DNA of 41,039 nucleotides from a virus. A model generated the notes under the pieces. The model did not search any database. It saw nothing but the letters and a program-made list of their open reading frames with translations, and was not told the origin of the DNA. Of the stretch, positions 10,352 through 17,739 are shown one piece after another. The stretch is taken from IMG/VR virus record IMGVR_UViG_3300026187_000001, one strand, 5' to 3'. How positions within the stretch are numbered: position 1 is the stretch's first letter; the number at the start of each line of letters is the position of its first letter. Position numbers and translations under genes: made by a program.

Positions 10352-11172
10352 TGGGCTATGAAGTAATAAAAACATTCGGGTCTAGTGTTAATAAAAAATC
10401 TGACTCTAGATGGGAGACTATTAAAGAGTATAGTTCAGACTTACTCGAAAAAGGTACGAGTGCTGCAACTGCAGTAGGTGAGTCTGTAGGCAAAGGTCTA
10501 GACTTTGTACAGGATGTAGGTGAGAAAGCTTACGAGGGTGTTCAAGTAGCATCCTCTACCCCTGTACGTACTATGCTTGAAGACATCTTTGTTCCTAAGT
10601 TTATAACAGGTGACATTACTGAGTCTAACTTTAGCCCTGAAGCTATGGATGTACTACGTAAAGCTGCACTAGATAAGAACTTGAAACCTGGAAAACCTGT
10701 AAAGTTATCTTATAAGGACTACAACAAATACGGTGCTAAGATTTCTGCTGCATTCTTCGGTAGTAATGTTGCTGATGACACTGCTAGTCTGAAAGAAAAA
10801 CTAAAGAACATCACACCTGCTGATGAATTAAAGATGACACTAGGTGAAATACTTGTAAGTGTAGACGAAGATGGTAACATCACTGCACAAGACCAGTATG
10901 ACTTCAACAGTTGGACACACTTCGGTAGAGGAAAAGACAAGTCAGGTCGATACCGTAACCTTAGTGCAGAGGAGTTTGAGAACTCAGGTATACCCTTCAT
11001 GGAAGCTGTAATGGACTCTGTGAAGAATGCACCATCTGATTATCAAATGATTCGTAACCTTGCGTTCTTGTTCGGTAGTCGAGACTATGAAGGAACAGAG
11101 CGTGACACAGGCCGTAAGGTCGTACTTAACTTAGGCAAGAATGATCAACAAATAGCTATGGCAGGTAACTAA
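10351..11172 (+). CDS. Hypothetical protein, probably virion-associated (273 aa)
   Basis: Its ATG overlaps the previous stop (TAATG). The function is assigned from position only. Confidence 0.5.
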   Translation: MGYEVIKTFGSSVNKKSDSRWETIKEYSSDLLEKGTSAATAVGESVGKGLDFVQDVGEKAYEGVQVASSTPVRTMLEDIFVPKFITGDITESNFSPEAMDVLRKAALDKNLKPGKPVKLSYKDYNKYGAKISAAFFGSNVADDTASLKEKLKNITPADELKMTLGEILVSVDEDGNITAQDQYDFNSWTHFGRGKDKSGRYRNLSAEEFENSGIPFMEAVMDSVKNAPSDYQMIRNLAFLFGSRDYEGTERDTGRKVVLNLGKNDQQIAMAGN

Positions 11173-11618
11173 TGGGATATGTTTTAGGTAATCGAAGTAA
11201 AGAGAAACTTGAAGGTGTGAACCCACGGCTAGTAGCTGTAGTGGAGAGAGCTATTGAGCTATCTGAGCAGGACTTCTCTGTGATCTGTGGTCTACGTACC
11301 ATTCAGGAACAGGAAGCCTTGGTCGCTAAAGGTGCATCACAAACCATGAAGTCTAAACACCTTGAAGGTAATGCTGTAGACCTTATGGCTTGGGTTGACG
11401 GTGGTCGTTGGGAACTGAACTTGTACGACGAAATAGCTGATGCAATGCTCAAGGCAGCTAAAGAACTAGGAGTCACTATCCGTTGGGGTGCTGCATGGCA
11501 CAAGGCTCTTAATGATTGGGATGGTACGGCAGAAGACTTGATGAATGAGTACATAGACATTCGTCGTTCTGCAGGGCGTAGACCCTTCATTGATGCCCCA
11601 CATTTCGAGGTTCTATAA
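11172..11618 (+). CDS. Endolysin, peptidase M15 (VanY / L-alanyl-D-glutamate peptidase type), 148 aa
   Basis: Zinc-ligand pattern SKHLEGNAVDL plus the C-terminal DAPHFE, typical of M15 cell-wall peptidases. There is no signal peptide. Confidence 0.85.
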   Translation: MGYVLGNRSKEKLEGVNPRLVAVVERAIELSEQDFSVICGLRTIQEQEALVAKGASQTMKSKHLEGNAVDLMAWVDGGRWELNLYDEIADAMLKAAKELGVTIRWGAAWHKALNDWDGTAEDLMNEYIDIRRSAGRRPFIDAPHFEVL

Positions 11619-11620
11619 TC

Positions 11621-11851
11621 ATGTACGAGATGATAGACTTATTCATGCAATGGTTAGTAGCTCCTATTATTGTTGTAGTGTGGGTTCTGTTTAATAAAGT
11701 AAACAAGAACGAAAGAGACATTGCAGTAATACAAGCGCAACATGAGTCCTCTAAAACATCTTATGATCGTGAGATGAAAGAGATGAAAGAAACAATCAGA
11801 GCAATCTTCAATAAGCTAGACAATATAGAGCAAGCATTGCGAGATAGATAA
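11621..11851 (+). CDS. Small membrane protein, holin candidate (76 aa)
   Basis: One N-terminal TM helix (WLVAPIIVVVWVLF) followed by a charged coiled-coil tail. It lies immediately after the endolysin. Confidence 0.5.
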   Translation: MYEMIDLFMQWLVAPIIVVVWVLFNKVNKNERDIAVIQAQHESSKTSYDREMKEMKETIRAIFNKLDNIEQALRDR

Positions 11852-12312
11852 TGGACCCAGTTACCATAATCACAGGAGCCACTGTCGCATTTAACGCCCT
11901 CAAGAAAGGGTTTGCTGTAGGCAAGGACTTACAAGATATGGGTAGCCAACTAACCAAGTGGGCAGGTCATATGGCTGATCTTGGTCAGGCTGAGAAACAG
12001 GTCAAGAATCCCCCTTGGTGGAAGTCAATCGGAGGCTCTGTAGAGGCTGAAAGTCTGGAAGTTTTCGCTGCAAAGCGTAAGGCAGAGGCCATGAGAAAAG
12101 AACTCAAGGACTATATAAGTTTCACGATGGGGCCATCTGCATGGGACGAGCTTGTAGCTATTGAGGCTAAGATTCGTAAGCAGAAAAAAGAACACGAGTA
12201 TCGTAAGGCAGAACTACAAGAAGCCATCATTACTTGGACAATATCAGGACTACTATTACTATCAGGTATTGGTGCGATTATATTCTTTGCGTGGTTCTTC
12301 GCCAACAGATGA
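11851..12312 (+). CDS. Tail-anchored membrane protein of unknown function (153 aa)
   Basis: C-terminal TM helix (ITWTISGLLLLSGIGAIIFFAWFF). ATGA-type coupling with its neighbours. Confidence 0.5.
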   Translation: MDPVTIITGATVAFNALKKGFAVGKDLQDMGSQLTKWAGHMADLGQAEKQVKNPPWWKSIGGSVEAESLEVFAAKRKAEAMRKELKDYISFTMGPSAWDELVAIEAKIRKQKKEHEYRKAELQEAIITWTISGLLLLSGIGAIIFFAWFFANR

Positions 12313-12413
12313 TTAAGATAGGTGATAAGTATTACGTGTTCGACAAGAACGGAAAGATACTTATCATTACAAGAAACAGACGAATAGCTGAGAGAGTAGA
12401 AAATGGTAGTTGA
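12309..12413 (+). CDS. Possible 34-aa ORF (MIKIGDKYYVFDKNGKILIITRNRRIAERVENGS)
   Basis: It is below the track cut-off. Its ATG overlaps the previous stop (ATGA) and it fills an otherwise empty 90-nt gap. Confidence 0.35.
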   Translation: MIKIGDKYYVFDKNGKILIITRNRRIAERVENGS

Positions 12414-12723
12414 TTTCGATATTGATGGTGACGGTAAGATCACTGAGCAAGAAGTAGCAATGAAGGAACGTATGCTTGAGATAGAGCTACGTGAAGAGAA
12501 AGCAGAGTCGCAGAAGTTCATGGCTTGGGTAGCTATGGGTATGATGATTATCTTTACTGTGTTCTTGTTTACTCCATTCATGTCAGACTCTCGTGTATCT
12601 GCACTAGCTGATCTACTAGGTCTATTCTACATTGCACAGACAGGTGTTGTTGCAGCGTATATGGGTGCTACTGCGTACATGGCAGGTAAGCCTATGGGTA
12701 ACAAGGTGGCAATGAGTAAATGA
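12403..12723 (+). CDS. Two-TM membrane protein with an N-terminal canonical EF-hand loop; holin/antiholin candidate (106 aa)
   Basis: Residues 6-18, DIDGDGKITEQEV, satisfy every position of the PROSITE EF-hand loop pattern. Two hydrophobic helices follow (FMAWVAMGMMIIFTVFLFTPF and LLGLFYIAQTGVVAAYMGATAYMA). Confidence 0.6.
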   Translation: MVVDFDIDGDGKITEQEVAMKERMLEIELREEKAESQKFMAWVAMGMMIIFTVFLFTPFMSDSRVSALADLLGLFYIAQTGVVAAYMGATAYMAGKPMGNKVAMSK

Positions 12724-13094
12724 GGTGGTTAGTCTTAGCTCTGTTCCTGTCTGGTTGTTCTCAGATTCCATCCTTTCTCATGGGAGGTGGGGGTGGACCG
12801 AATGTCGCAGCAAATGTACAGGCAGGAAAGACTAACTCTCAGACAGTTGGAACTACGAACAACTCTGATCAAGAAGTGGTAGTGGATACACTGACAGGTG
12901 ACCTGAAACAGAGCAACGACACAAACAAAGTAAACACAGATAGCGTAGAAAATATAAACATAAATGAAATACCGCCGTGGGTCTTGATCCTTCTAGTGCT
13001 AGGTTGGTTAGCCCCTAGTCCACAAGAAATGGGACGTGGTTTACTTACTCTAATAGCAACACTAAGGAGAAAGAGTGATGGCAGCAAGGCTTAA
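12720..13094 (+). CDS. Unimolecular spanin (u-spanin) candidate: lipoprotein with a C-terminal TM anchor (124 aa)
   Basis: Signal peptide plus lipobox MRWLVLALFLSGC, a polar Gly/Asn/Thr-rich middle, and a C-terminal TM (IPPWVLILLVLGWLAP) followed by basic residues. This is the same architecture as phage T1 gp11. Confidence 0.6.
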   Translation: MRWLVLALFLSGCSQIPSFLMGGGGGPNVAANVQAGKTNSQTVGTTNNSDQEVVVDTLTGDLKQSNDTNKVNTDSVENININEIPPWVLILLVLGWLAPSPQEMGRGLLTLIATLRRKSDGSKA

Positions 13095-13329
13095 CAAAGC
13101 TAAGATGAAATGTAATAGTCCACGGACTACACCTAAACATCCAACTAAATCTCATGTAGTAAAGGCGTGTGTGAATGGTAAAGAAAAGATTATTCGATTC
13201 GGTCAGAAAGGTGTCAAAGGCAGTCCTAAAGGTAGCGCAAGAAATAAAGCGTTTCGTGCTAGACATGCTAAGAACATTAAAAAGGGAAAAATGAGTGCAG
13301 CATACTGGGCTGCGAAAGTGAAGTGGTGA
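13078..13329 (+). CDS. Small basic conserved protein (83 aa)
   Basis: ATG 13078 lies 8 nt after aaggag; the track start at 13075 is a GTG. The protein is Lys/Arg-rich and ends KMSAAYWAAKVKW. Confidence 0.6.
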   Translation: MAARLNKAKMKCNSPRTTPKHPTKSHVVKACVNGKEKIIRFGQKGVKGSPKGSARNKAFRARHAKNIKKGKMSAAYWAAKVKW

Positions 13330-13330
13330 G

Positions 13331-13519
13331 ATGTGGGTAGGAATATTATTAGTTTGCTTCGATCCTATGGCACTATCTTGCAGGATCATAGCAAAGCCTG
13401 AACCATTCTATAGTGAGCAAGCTTGCCTAGAGGAAGCAGAACAGATAGCTATGGATATAAGAAGAGGCGGTGCTTATGTTACACCACACTGTCACAAAGT
13501 CGAAGGGAGTAGTACGTAA
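13331..13519 (+). CDS. Small Cys-containing protein with a hydrophobic N-terminus (62 aa)
   Basis: Tightly packed between its neighbours (TGAgATG upstream, TAATG downstream). Confidence 0.5.
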   Translation: MWVGILLVCFDPMALSCRIIAKPEPFYSEQACLEEAEQIAMDIRRGGAYVTPHCHKVEGSST

Positions 13520-13692
13520 TGGCTAAGAGTCCAACACCTACAAATCCGAAGCTATGGTCACGAGCCAAGGCAGAAGCCAAGAAGAAGTTCAAGGTCTACC
13601 CTTCAGCATACGCTAATGCATGGGCCGCTAAGTGGTACAAATCCAAGGGCGGTGGTTGGCGAGGCAAAGACAACAGAGTAAAGAAAGCGTAG
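13519..13692 (+). CDS. Small basic protein, 57 aa, not in the ORF track (MAKSPTPTNPKLWSRAKAEAKKKFKVYPSAYANAWAAKWYKSKGGGWRGKDNRVKKA)
   Basis: Translated by hand. Its ATG overlaps the previous stop (TAATG). It shares the SAY..WAAK motif with the 13078 gene. Confidence 0.6.
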   Translation: MAKSPTPTNPKLWSRAKAEAKKKFKVYPSAYANAWAAKWYKSKGGGWRGKDNRVKKA

Positions 13693-13694
13693 TC

Positions 13695-13928
13695 ATGGCT
13701 AAGAAAGGTGGACTAGGCAAGTGGTTCGGGGAGAAGTGGGTTGACGTTAAAACAGGAAAGCCATGTGGCAGGTCAGGGAAAAACGATAAGCGCAAAAGCT
13801 ACCCTGCATGTCGCCCTAAAGCAGTTGCAGGAAGAATCTCAAAGAGTGAAGCAAGGAAAAAGACAGGACCGAAACGAGTGAGTTGGTCAGTCACTGCTTC
13901 AGGTAAAAAGAGAAAAAAGAAAACATAA
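13695..13928 (+). CDS. Small basic protein (77 aa), MAKKGGLGKWFGEKWVDVKTGKPCGRS...YPACRP
   Basis: Start refined to ATG 13695, 2 nt after the previous stop. The track start at 13632 would overlap the 57-aa gene. The tail is Lys-rich (KKRKKKT). Confidence 0.6.
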   Translation: MAKKGGLGKWFGEKWVDVKTGKPCGRSGKNDKRKSYPACRPKAVAGRISKSEARKKTGPKRVSWSVTASGKKRKKKT

Positions 13929-13930
13929 AA

Positions 13931-13966
13931 GAAAACCCCCAAGGAGAAATCCCTGGGGGTTTTTTC
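13931..13966. terminator. Bidirectional rho-independent terminator between the convergent arms
   Basis: gAAAACCCCCAaggagaaatcccTGGGGGTTTTTTc: a GC-rich stem flanked by an A-run on one side and a T-run on the other. It sits exactly between the last plus gene (stop 13928) and the last minus gene (stop 13967). Confidence 0.85.
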
Positions 13967-14305
13967 TTATTGGTGTATCTTACACCATCGTTCTCGTAGT
14001 CGTTGCAGGTACCAGATAGCTTTATCAATATCCTCTAAGCCATTCTTGTACTCACAACGCCACATGTACTTGAGTACGTTTGCTGCATGAGGTGCTATAC
14101 TCCCCGACATGTTCTCTGTCATAGCCTCTATTGCATCAATGCACTCAATACCACTGTGATTGTAGTGAATAGGGTTGTTTACTACATCATTCTTCTTAAT
14201 CTTCTTGTACTCCTCGTCTGTAAAATCAGGATACTCATAGACATAACACTCACCACAATATCCATCGTCATCTAACAGGTTACCACAGTCATCACAATTA
14301 GCCAT
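13967..14305 (-). CDS. DUF3310-like phage protein with an N-terminal Cys4 zinc ribbon (112 aa)
   Basis: CDDCG...CGEC, then NPIHYNHSGIECIDAIEAM...VLKYMWRCEYKNGLEDIDKAIWYL, the signature I associate with DUF3310. Confidence 0.65.
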   Translation of the reverse strand: MANCDDCGNLLDDDGYCGECYVYEYPDFTDEEYKKIKKNDVVNNPIHYNHSGIECIDAIEAMTENMSGSIAPHAANVLKYMWRCEYKNGLEDIDKAIWYLQRLRERWCKIHQ

Positions 14306-14489
14306 ATAGTTTCCACTTCAGGTACTTGATACGTGCTAAGTGATACAACGTAAGGATGGGCCATATAATACAGAACAACCACACGTTAATCTCTTCGTAT
14401 GTTATACCTAGTATGTTTGCTGACCATATCAAGAACAACACACACTGATCAAACACGAAGTCTATCCAAGGTATTCCACTATTAGCCAT
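14298..14489 (-). CDS. Small two-TM membrane protein (63 aa)
   Basis: Hydrophobic segments VLFLIWSANILGI and WLFCIIWPILTLY. It overlaps the starts/stops of its neighbours. Confidence 0.5.
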   Translation of the reverse strand: MANSGIPWIDFVFDQCVLFLIWSANILGITYEEINVWLFCIIWPILTLYHLARIKYLKWKLYG

Positions 14490-14667
14490 TCTCTTGTCTC
14501 CATTTCAACTCATGGACTAACATGTTCTGTTCATATGTAGACATGATCATCCAATCTCGTATCTCTTCAGGGGTGCGCTTACACCCTACACAGTATCCAT
14601 CCTCTAAACGACAGACCTTGATGCAGGGTGTAGGCACATCACCTAACTGTTTACGGTTCCTACTCAC
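14482..14667 (-). CDS. DUF1289-like small Fe-S/Cys4 protein (about 61 aa from GTG 14667; the track ATG 14715 is the alternative)
   Basis: PCIKVCRLEDGYCVGCKRTPEEIRDW matches the C-x3-C-x7-C-x2-C DUF1289 pattern. A GTG start overlaps the RNR stop (GTGAGTAG). The ATG at 14715 would overlap the RNR gene by 56 nt. Confidence 0.6.
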   Translation of the reverse strand: MSRNRKQLGDVPTPCIKVCRLEDGYCVGCKRTPEEIRDWMIMSTYEQNMLVHELKWRQENG

Positions 14668-16402
14668 ACTGACGTAGACCAGTAGCAGGATCGAAGTAGC
14701 AAGCACCACCTTCATCTACGAAGTCTTGTGTTTCCTCTACTACAGGTTCCTCTACTACATCCTCTGATGTTGATGCGTTCAAGATACCGTACCGTTTACC
14801 TGATGCACGGAATGTAGTACAACCAGATGAACCACCATCGTAGGCATCCATGTACACCTGCTTGAACTCTTCCCATGTTACGTCATCACCTACGTTACAT
14901 GTCTTAGAACATGCAGAGTCTACGAATCGTGATGCTACATTCAATACCTTGACGTGATCGAACACTGATAGTTCGTCTGCAGTTCTACCCTTCACACCAA
15001 ACACACGGTAACCGTAGTCCTCTACTCGCTCTGTTCTTGGACCATCGAAGGTTTGGATAGTTCTGTCGTAGTAATGTGAGAAAACAGGCTCGATTCCAGA
15101 GGATACGTTGTCTGCTGACAGACTGATAGTTCCTGTTGGAGCAACAGAAAGCAGATGACTGTTACGAATACCGTGATCGCTAATGAGATTACGAATATCA
15201 CTAGGCAAAGACTTAGCAAAGTCACTCTCAAGATAAGCTTGAGTAAAGAGAGGAAACGGTCCCTTCTCAATAGCCAACTCAACAGAAGTGCGATAAGCGA
15301 CATCCCTAATTACTCCCATGATTTCTTCAAGGGTTTGTAGGAATCGTTCACTACCATACTCAAACCCTAGTGCTTCGATAGCATTCGCTACACCAGTAAC
15401 ACCAAGGCCCATTCGACGTTTACTCTTAGCTTCTTGCTCCTGTTCTTTTAGTGGATACACTGCACGATCAACTACATTATCCATAGCACGGACAACGTGA
15501 GGTATATCGTTACGCAGTTGGTTTGTGTTGAAGACGTACTTACCCTCATGTTCTACTATGTACTTGGTTAAGTTAAACGAGCCTAGTAGACATGCACCGT
15601 TAGGTGGTAGCGGTTGTTCGCCACATGGGTTAGTAGCTGCAATCTTCTCTGCATACCATAGGTTATTCTTTCTATTGATACGATCTATAAACAGGATACC
15701 AGGTTCTGCCCAATCCCATGTACTACGTAGAATCTGATCCCACAATGCACGAGCACTAACAGTCTTGTAGACACGCCCATCAAACTTTAGATCGAAGTCT
15801 AGGTCATCCTTAACTGCAGTCATAAACTCGTCAGTCACACCTACAGAGATGTTGAACTGAGTCAGTGTATCACTGTTGTTCTTTGCCGTAATGAAGTCTT
15901 CGATGTCAGGGTGATCGACACGCAACACACCCATCTGTGCTCCACGTCTGTGACCTGCAGATGATATAGTCTTACACACTGCATTGAATATTTCCATAAA
16001 GGACAGAGGGCCAGAGGACTTAGAGTCTAGTGACTTGATCAACGTACCACGTGGACGTAGTGTTGAGAAGTCATAGCCAATGCCACCACCTAGACGCATA
16101 GTCTCTGCAGCACGACGAGCAGCTTCCATGATACCATCCATACTGTCTTCGATAGTCATAGACACAAAGCAGTTGTATGGTGTTACACGACGAGGCGCAC
16201 CCATTGCTGATTGCACACGTCCTGCAGGTAGGAAGCGTTGGTTGTAGAGAATGTTACGGAAGTTATTGAAGTGTGACTCAGTGTCCTTCAGTGCTTCAGC
16301 TACTCGTGTCATAGCCTCACGAAATGTTTCTCCTTTGCCACGGTATTTCATGGCATGAATCTCTTCTGAGATTGCTATCGTTGGTCCGTATTGTTCAGTC
16401 AT
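14660..16402 (-). CDS. nrdJ: Ribonucleotide reductase, compact class II-like (580 aa)
   Basis: Active-site finger loop TNPCGEQPLPPNGACLLGSFNL, GGGIGYDFSTLRPRG, and a C-terminal Cys pair (ACYFDPATGLRQCE). There is no beta-subunit gene in the genome. Confidence 0.8.
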   Translation of the reverse strand: MTEQYGPTIAISEEIHAMKYRGKGETFREAMTRVAEALKDTESHFNNFRNILYNQRFLPAGRVQSAMGAPRRVTPYNCFVSMTIEDSMDGIMEAARRAAETMRLGGGIGYDFSTLRPRGTLIKSLDSKSSGPLSFMEIFNAVCKTISSAGHRRGAQMGVLRVDHPDIEDFITAKNNSDTLTQFNISVGVTDEFMTAVKDDLDFDLKFDGRVYKTVSARALWDQILRSTWDWAEPGILFIDRINRKNNLWYAEKIAATNPCGEQPLPPNGACLLGSFNLTKYIVEHEGKYVFNTNQLRNDIPHVVRAMDNVVDRAVYPLKEQEQEAKSKRRMGLGVTGVANAIEALGFEYGSERFLQTLEEIMGVIRDVAYRTSVELAIEKGPFPLFTQAYLESDFAKSLPSDIRNLISDHGIRNSHLLSVAPTGTISLSADNVSSGIEPVFSHYYDRTIQTFDGPRTERVEDYGYRVFGVKGRTADELSVFDHVKVLNVASRFVDSACSKTCNVGDDVTWEEFKQVYMDAYDGGSSGCTTFRASGKRYGILNASTSEDVVEEPVVEETQDFVDEGGACYFDPATGLRQCE

Positions 16403-16773
16403 CTTTTATCTCCACTCCCTTGTATGACACCACGTTTCTTACGATCATGTAATTTTTCTAGGTTAGCTGTAGCTACGTCTGACATGTCCACGTTCAAGTC
16501 ACGACACAATGCTGCAATGTACCAGAGGCAATCACCCACCTCGTCTGCAATAGCCTGACGATTGAATGTACCGTCACGCATAATCTTCTTTACTTTGTTT
16601 GCTACCTCACCTGCTTCTGCTGCAAGACCAAGGGCAGGGTAGATCACTGCATGTTCTTGTTTGTAGACTGCAGTCTCAGCAGCTTGCTTCTGGTAGTAGT
16701 TCATAGTGATGTCTACATCCTCGTTGTAATACTCGAATGCTTCTATGTCACTCTGATTAATCATACTCTTCAT
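16399..16773 (-). CDS. mazG: MazG-like nucleoside triphosphate pyrophosphohydrolase (124 aa)
   Basis: LGLAAEAGEVANKVKKIMRDG...IADEVGDCLWYIAALCRDL, the EExxE/D-type MazG helix pair. Confidence 0.8.
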   Translation of the reverse strand: MKSMINQSDIEAFEYYNEDVDITMNYYQKQAAETAVYKQEHAVIYPALGLAAEAGEVANKVKKIMRDGTFNRQAIADEVGDCLWYIAALCRDLNVDMSDVATANLEKLHDRKKRGVIQGSGDKR

Positions 16774-16951
16774 CCTCTTCTAACACATCAATAGGCATAT
16801 CGTTGTAGAAATAATCTGACAAGTCTATGTCACCACGTTCAACTAACATTTCAAGGACTACATTCTCAGTGATGTCATTCATCTCTAAGAGTTTACTTAG
16901 TCCATAACTATCAACTAACAATTCAAGTTGTCCTCTATAATCAAACATCAT
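16757..16951 (-). CDS. Very acidic small protein (64 aa, 19 Asp/Glu against 3 Arg/Lys)
   Basis: Residues counted directly from the translation. The C-terminus is DVLEEDEEYD. Confidence 0.55.
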   Translation of the reverse strand: MMFDYRGQLELLVDSYGLSKLLEMNDITENVVLEMLVERGDIDLSDYFYNDMPIDVLEEDEEYD

Positions 16952-17739
16952 CCGCTCCCATACTGCCGTTTGATGGTTTCGAGTGATACAAACTCAGGCT
17001 CGTAGACACCGTTCTCTAACTCACGTTTAACTACAACACCTTTCCACCACTCATTATTAGATTGTCCTGCCCACGTTTCCTCGCTTCCCTTGAAGCATCC
17101 CGCAACAAGCCCGATAATCGAAGTAGGATGTGCAGTATCTTTAAAATAAATACTACGTTTGTGACTGTGACCACAAGTAGAACTATGGTTCCTGTTTTGT
17201 AGTAGGGTGTAAGCATGATGAACACCAGAGACAGGTGTCCCATAATTCCCAGAACCAAAGAAGTGAGCGTAAGATACGCCATCGTAATCAGCGATACTGG
17301 GGGCCGAATTGTGGTACTCATGGTACTCGTCGAACCAGTACTTCGTTTGAAGATGGCTGAAGGAAATCCCGTACTTTTCTCCCTGTAGTCTTGGGTCGTG
17401 GGCGATAGCCTTTTTGATTCTATTTTCATGGTTACCCTCAAGTCCTATCCAGAAGGGACGTTTACGTTTATGATGTCTGAACTTCCACCGTAGTCTTTCT
17501 TGTGCGTCATTGTAACACTCAATATCTCTACCGTAGTTCTGTGATACAATAGCCTGTGGGTATCGTGTATCGAAACTGTTGAGTGATTTAAGATCAGCAC
17601 CGTCACCTAAGTCTACAACATAGTCTGGTTTCAGATCATATATGAATGCACCTAGCCAACTGAACCTGTCGTTAGGCGTACCTGGGTCAGCGTGAGCACA
17701 CGTGAATACCAGTACAGTCTTCTTCTTTTTAAGCATCAT
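16948..17739 (-). CDS. Calcineurin-like metallophosphoesterase (about 263 aa)
   Basis: Motifs VFTCAHAD, DLGDGAD, GNHENR and GHSH. The start is probably MMLKKKK (17739 or 17736) rather than the track start at 17766. Confidence 0.75.
   Translation of the reverse strand: MMLKKKKTVLVFTCAHADPGTPNDRFSWLGAFIYDLKPDYVVDLGDGADLKSLNSFDTRYPQAIVSQNYGRDIECYNDAQERLRWKFRHHKRKRPFWIGLEGNHENRIKKAIAHDPRLQGEKYGISFSHLQTKYWFDEYHEYHNSAPSIADYDGVSYAHFFGSGNYGTPVSGVHHAYTLLQNRNHSSTCGHSHKRSIYFKDTAHPTSIIGLVAGCFKGSEETWAGQSNNEWWKGVVVKRELENGVYEPEFVSLETIKRQYGSG

Noticed and set aside
915-11590. Antisense or alternative-frame track ORFs inside the virion genes: 915..1238-, 2639..2848-, 2880..3137+, 3383..3604-, 4530..4814-, 5310..5615-, 8009..8230-, 9907..10128-, 10719..11000-, 11303..11590-
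   Set aside because: Each lies wholly inside a much longer ORF with recognisable function or strong context. They have no RBS and a skewed Ser/Leu/Cys/Ile composition typical of the antisense of coding DNA.
12111-13389. Longer antisense ORFs over the lysis and small-basic-protein region: 12111..12581- (156 aa), 12869..13087-, 13045..13389- (114 aa)
   Set aside because: They run against a chain of translationally coupled plus-strand genes with clear features (EF-hand, lipobox, RBSs). Their sequences are low-complexity Ser/Ile/Phe-rich. They would also face the bidirectional terminator from the wrong side.
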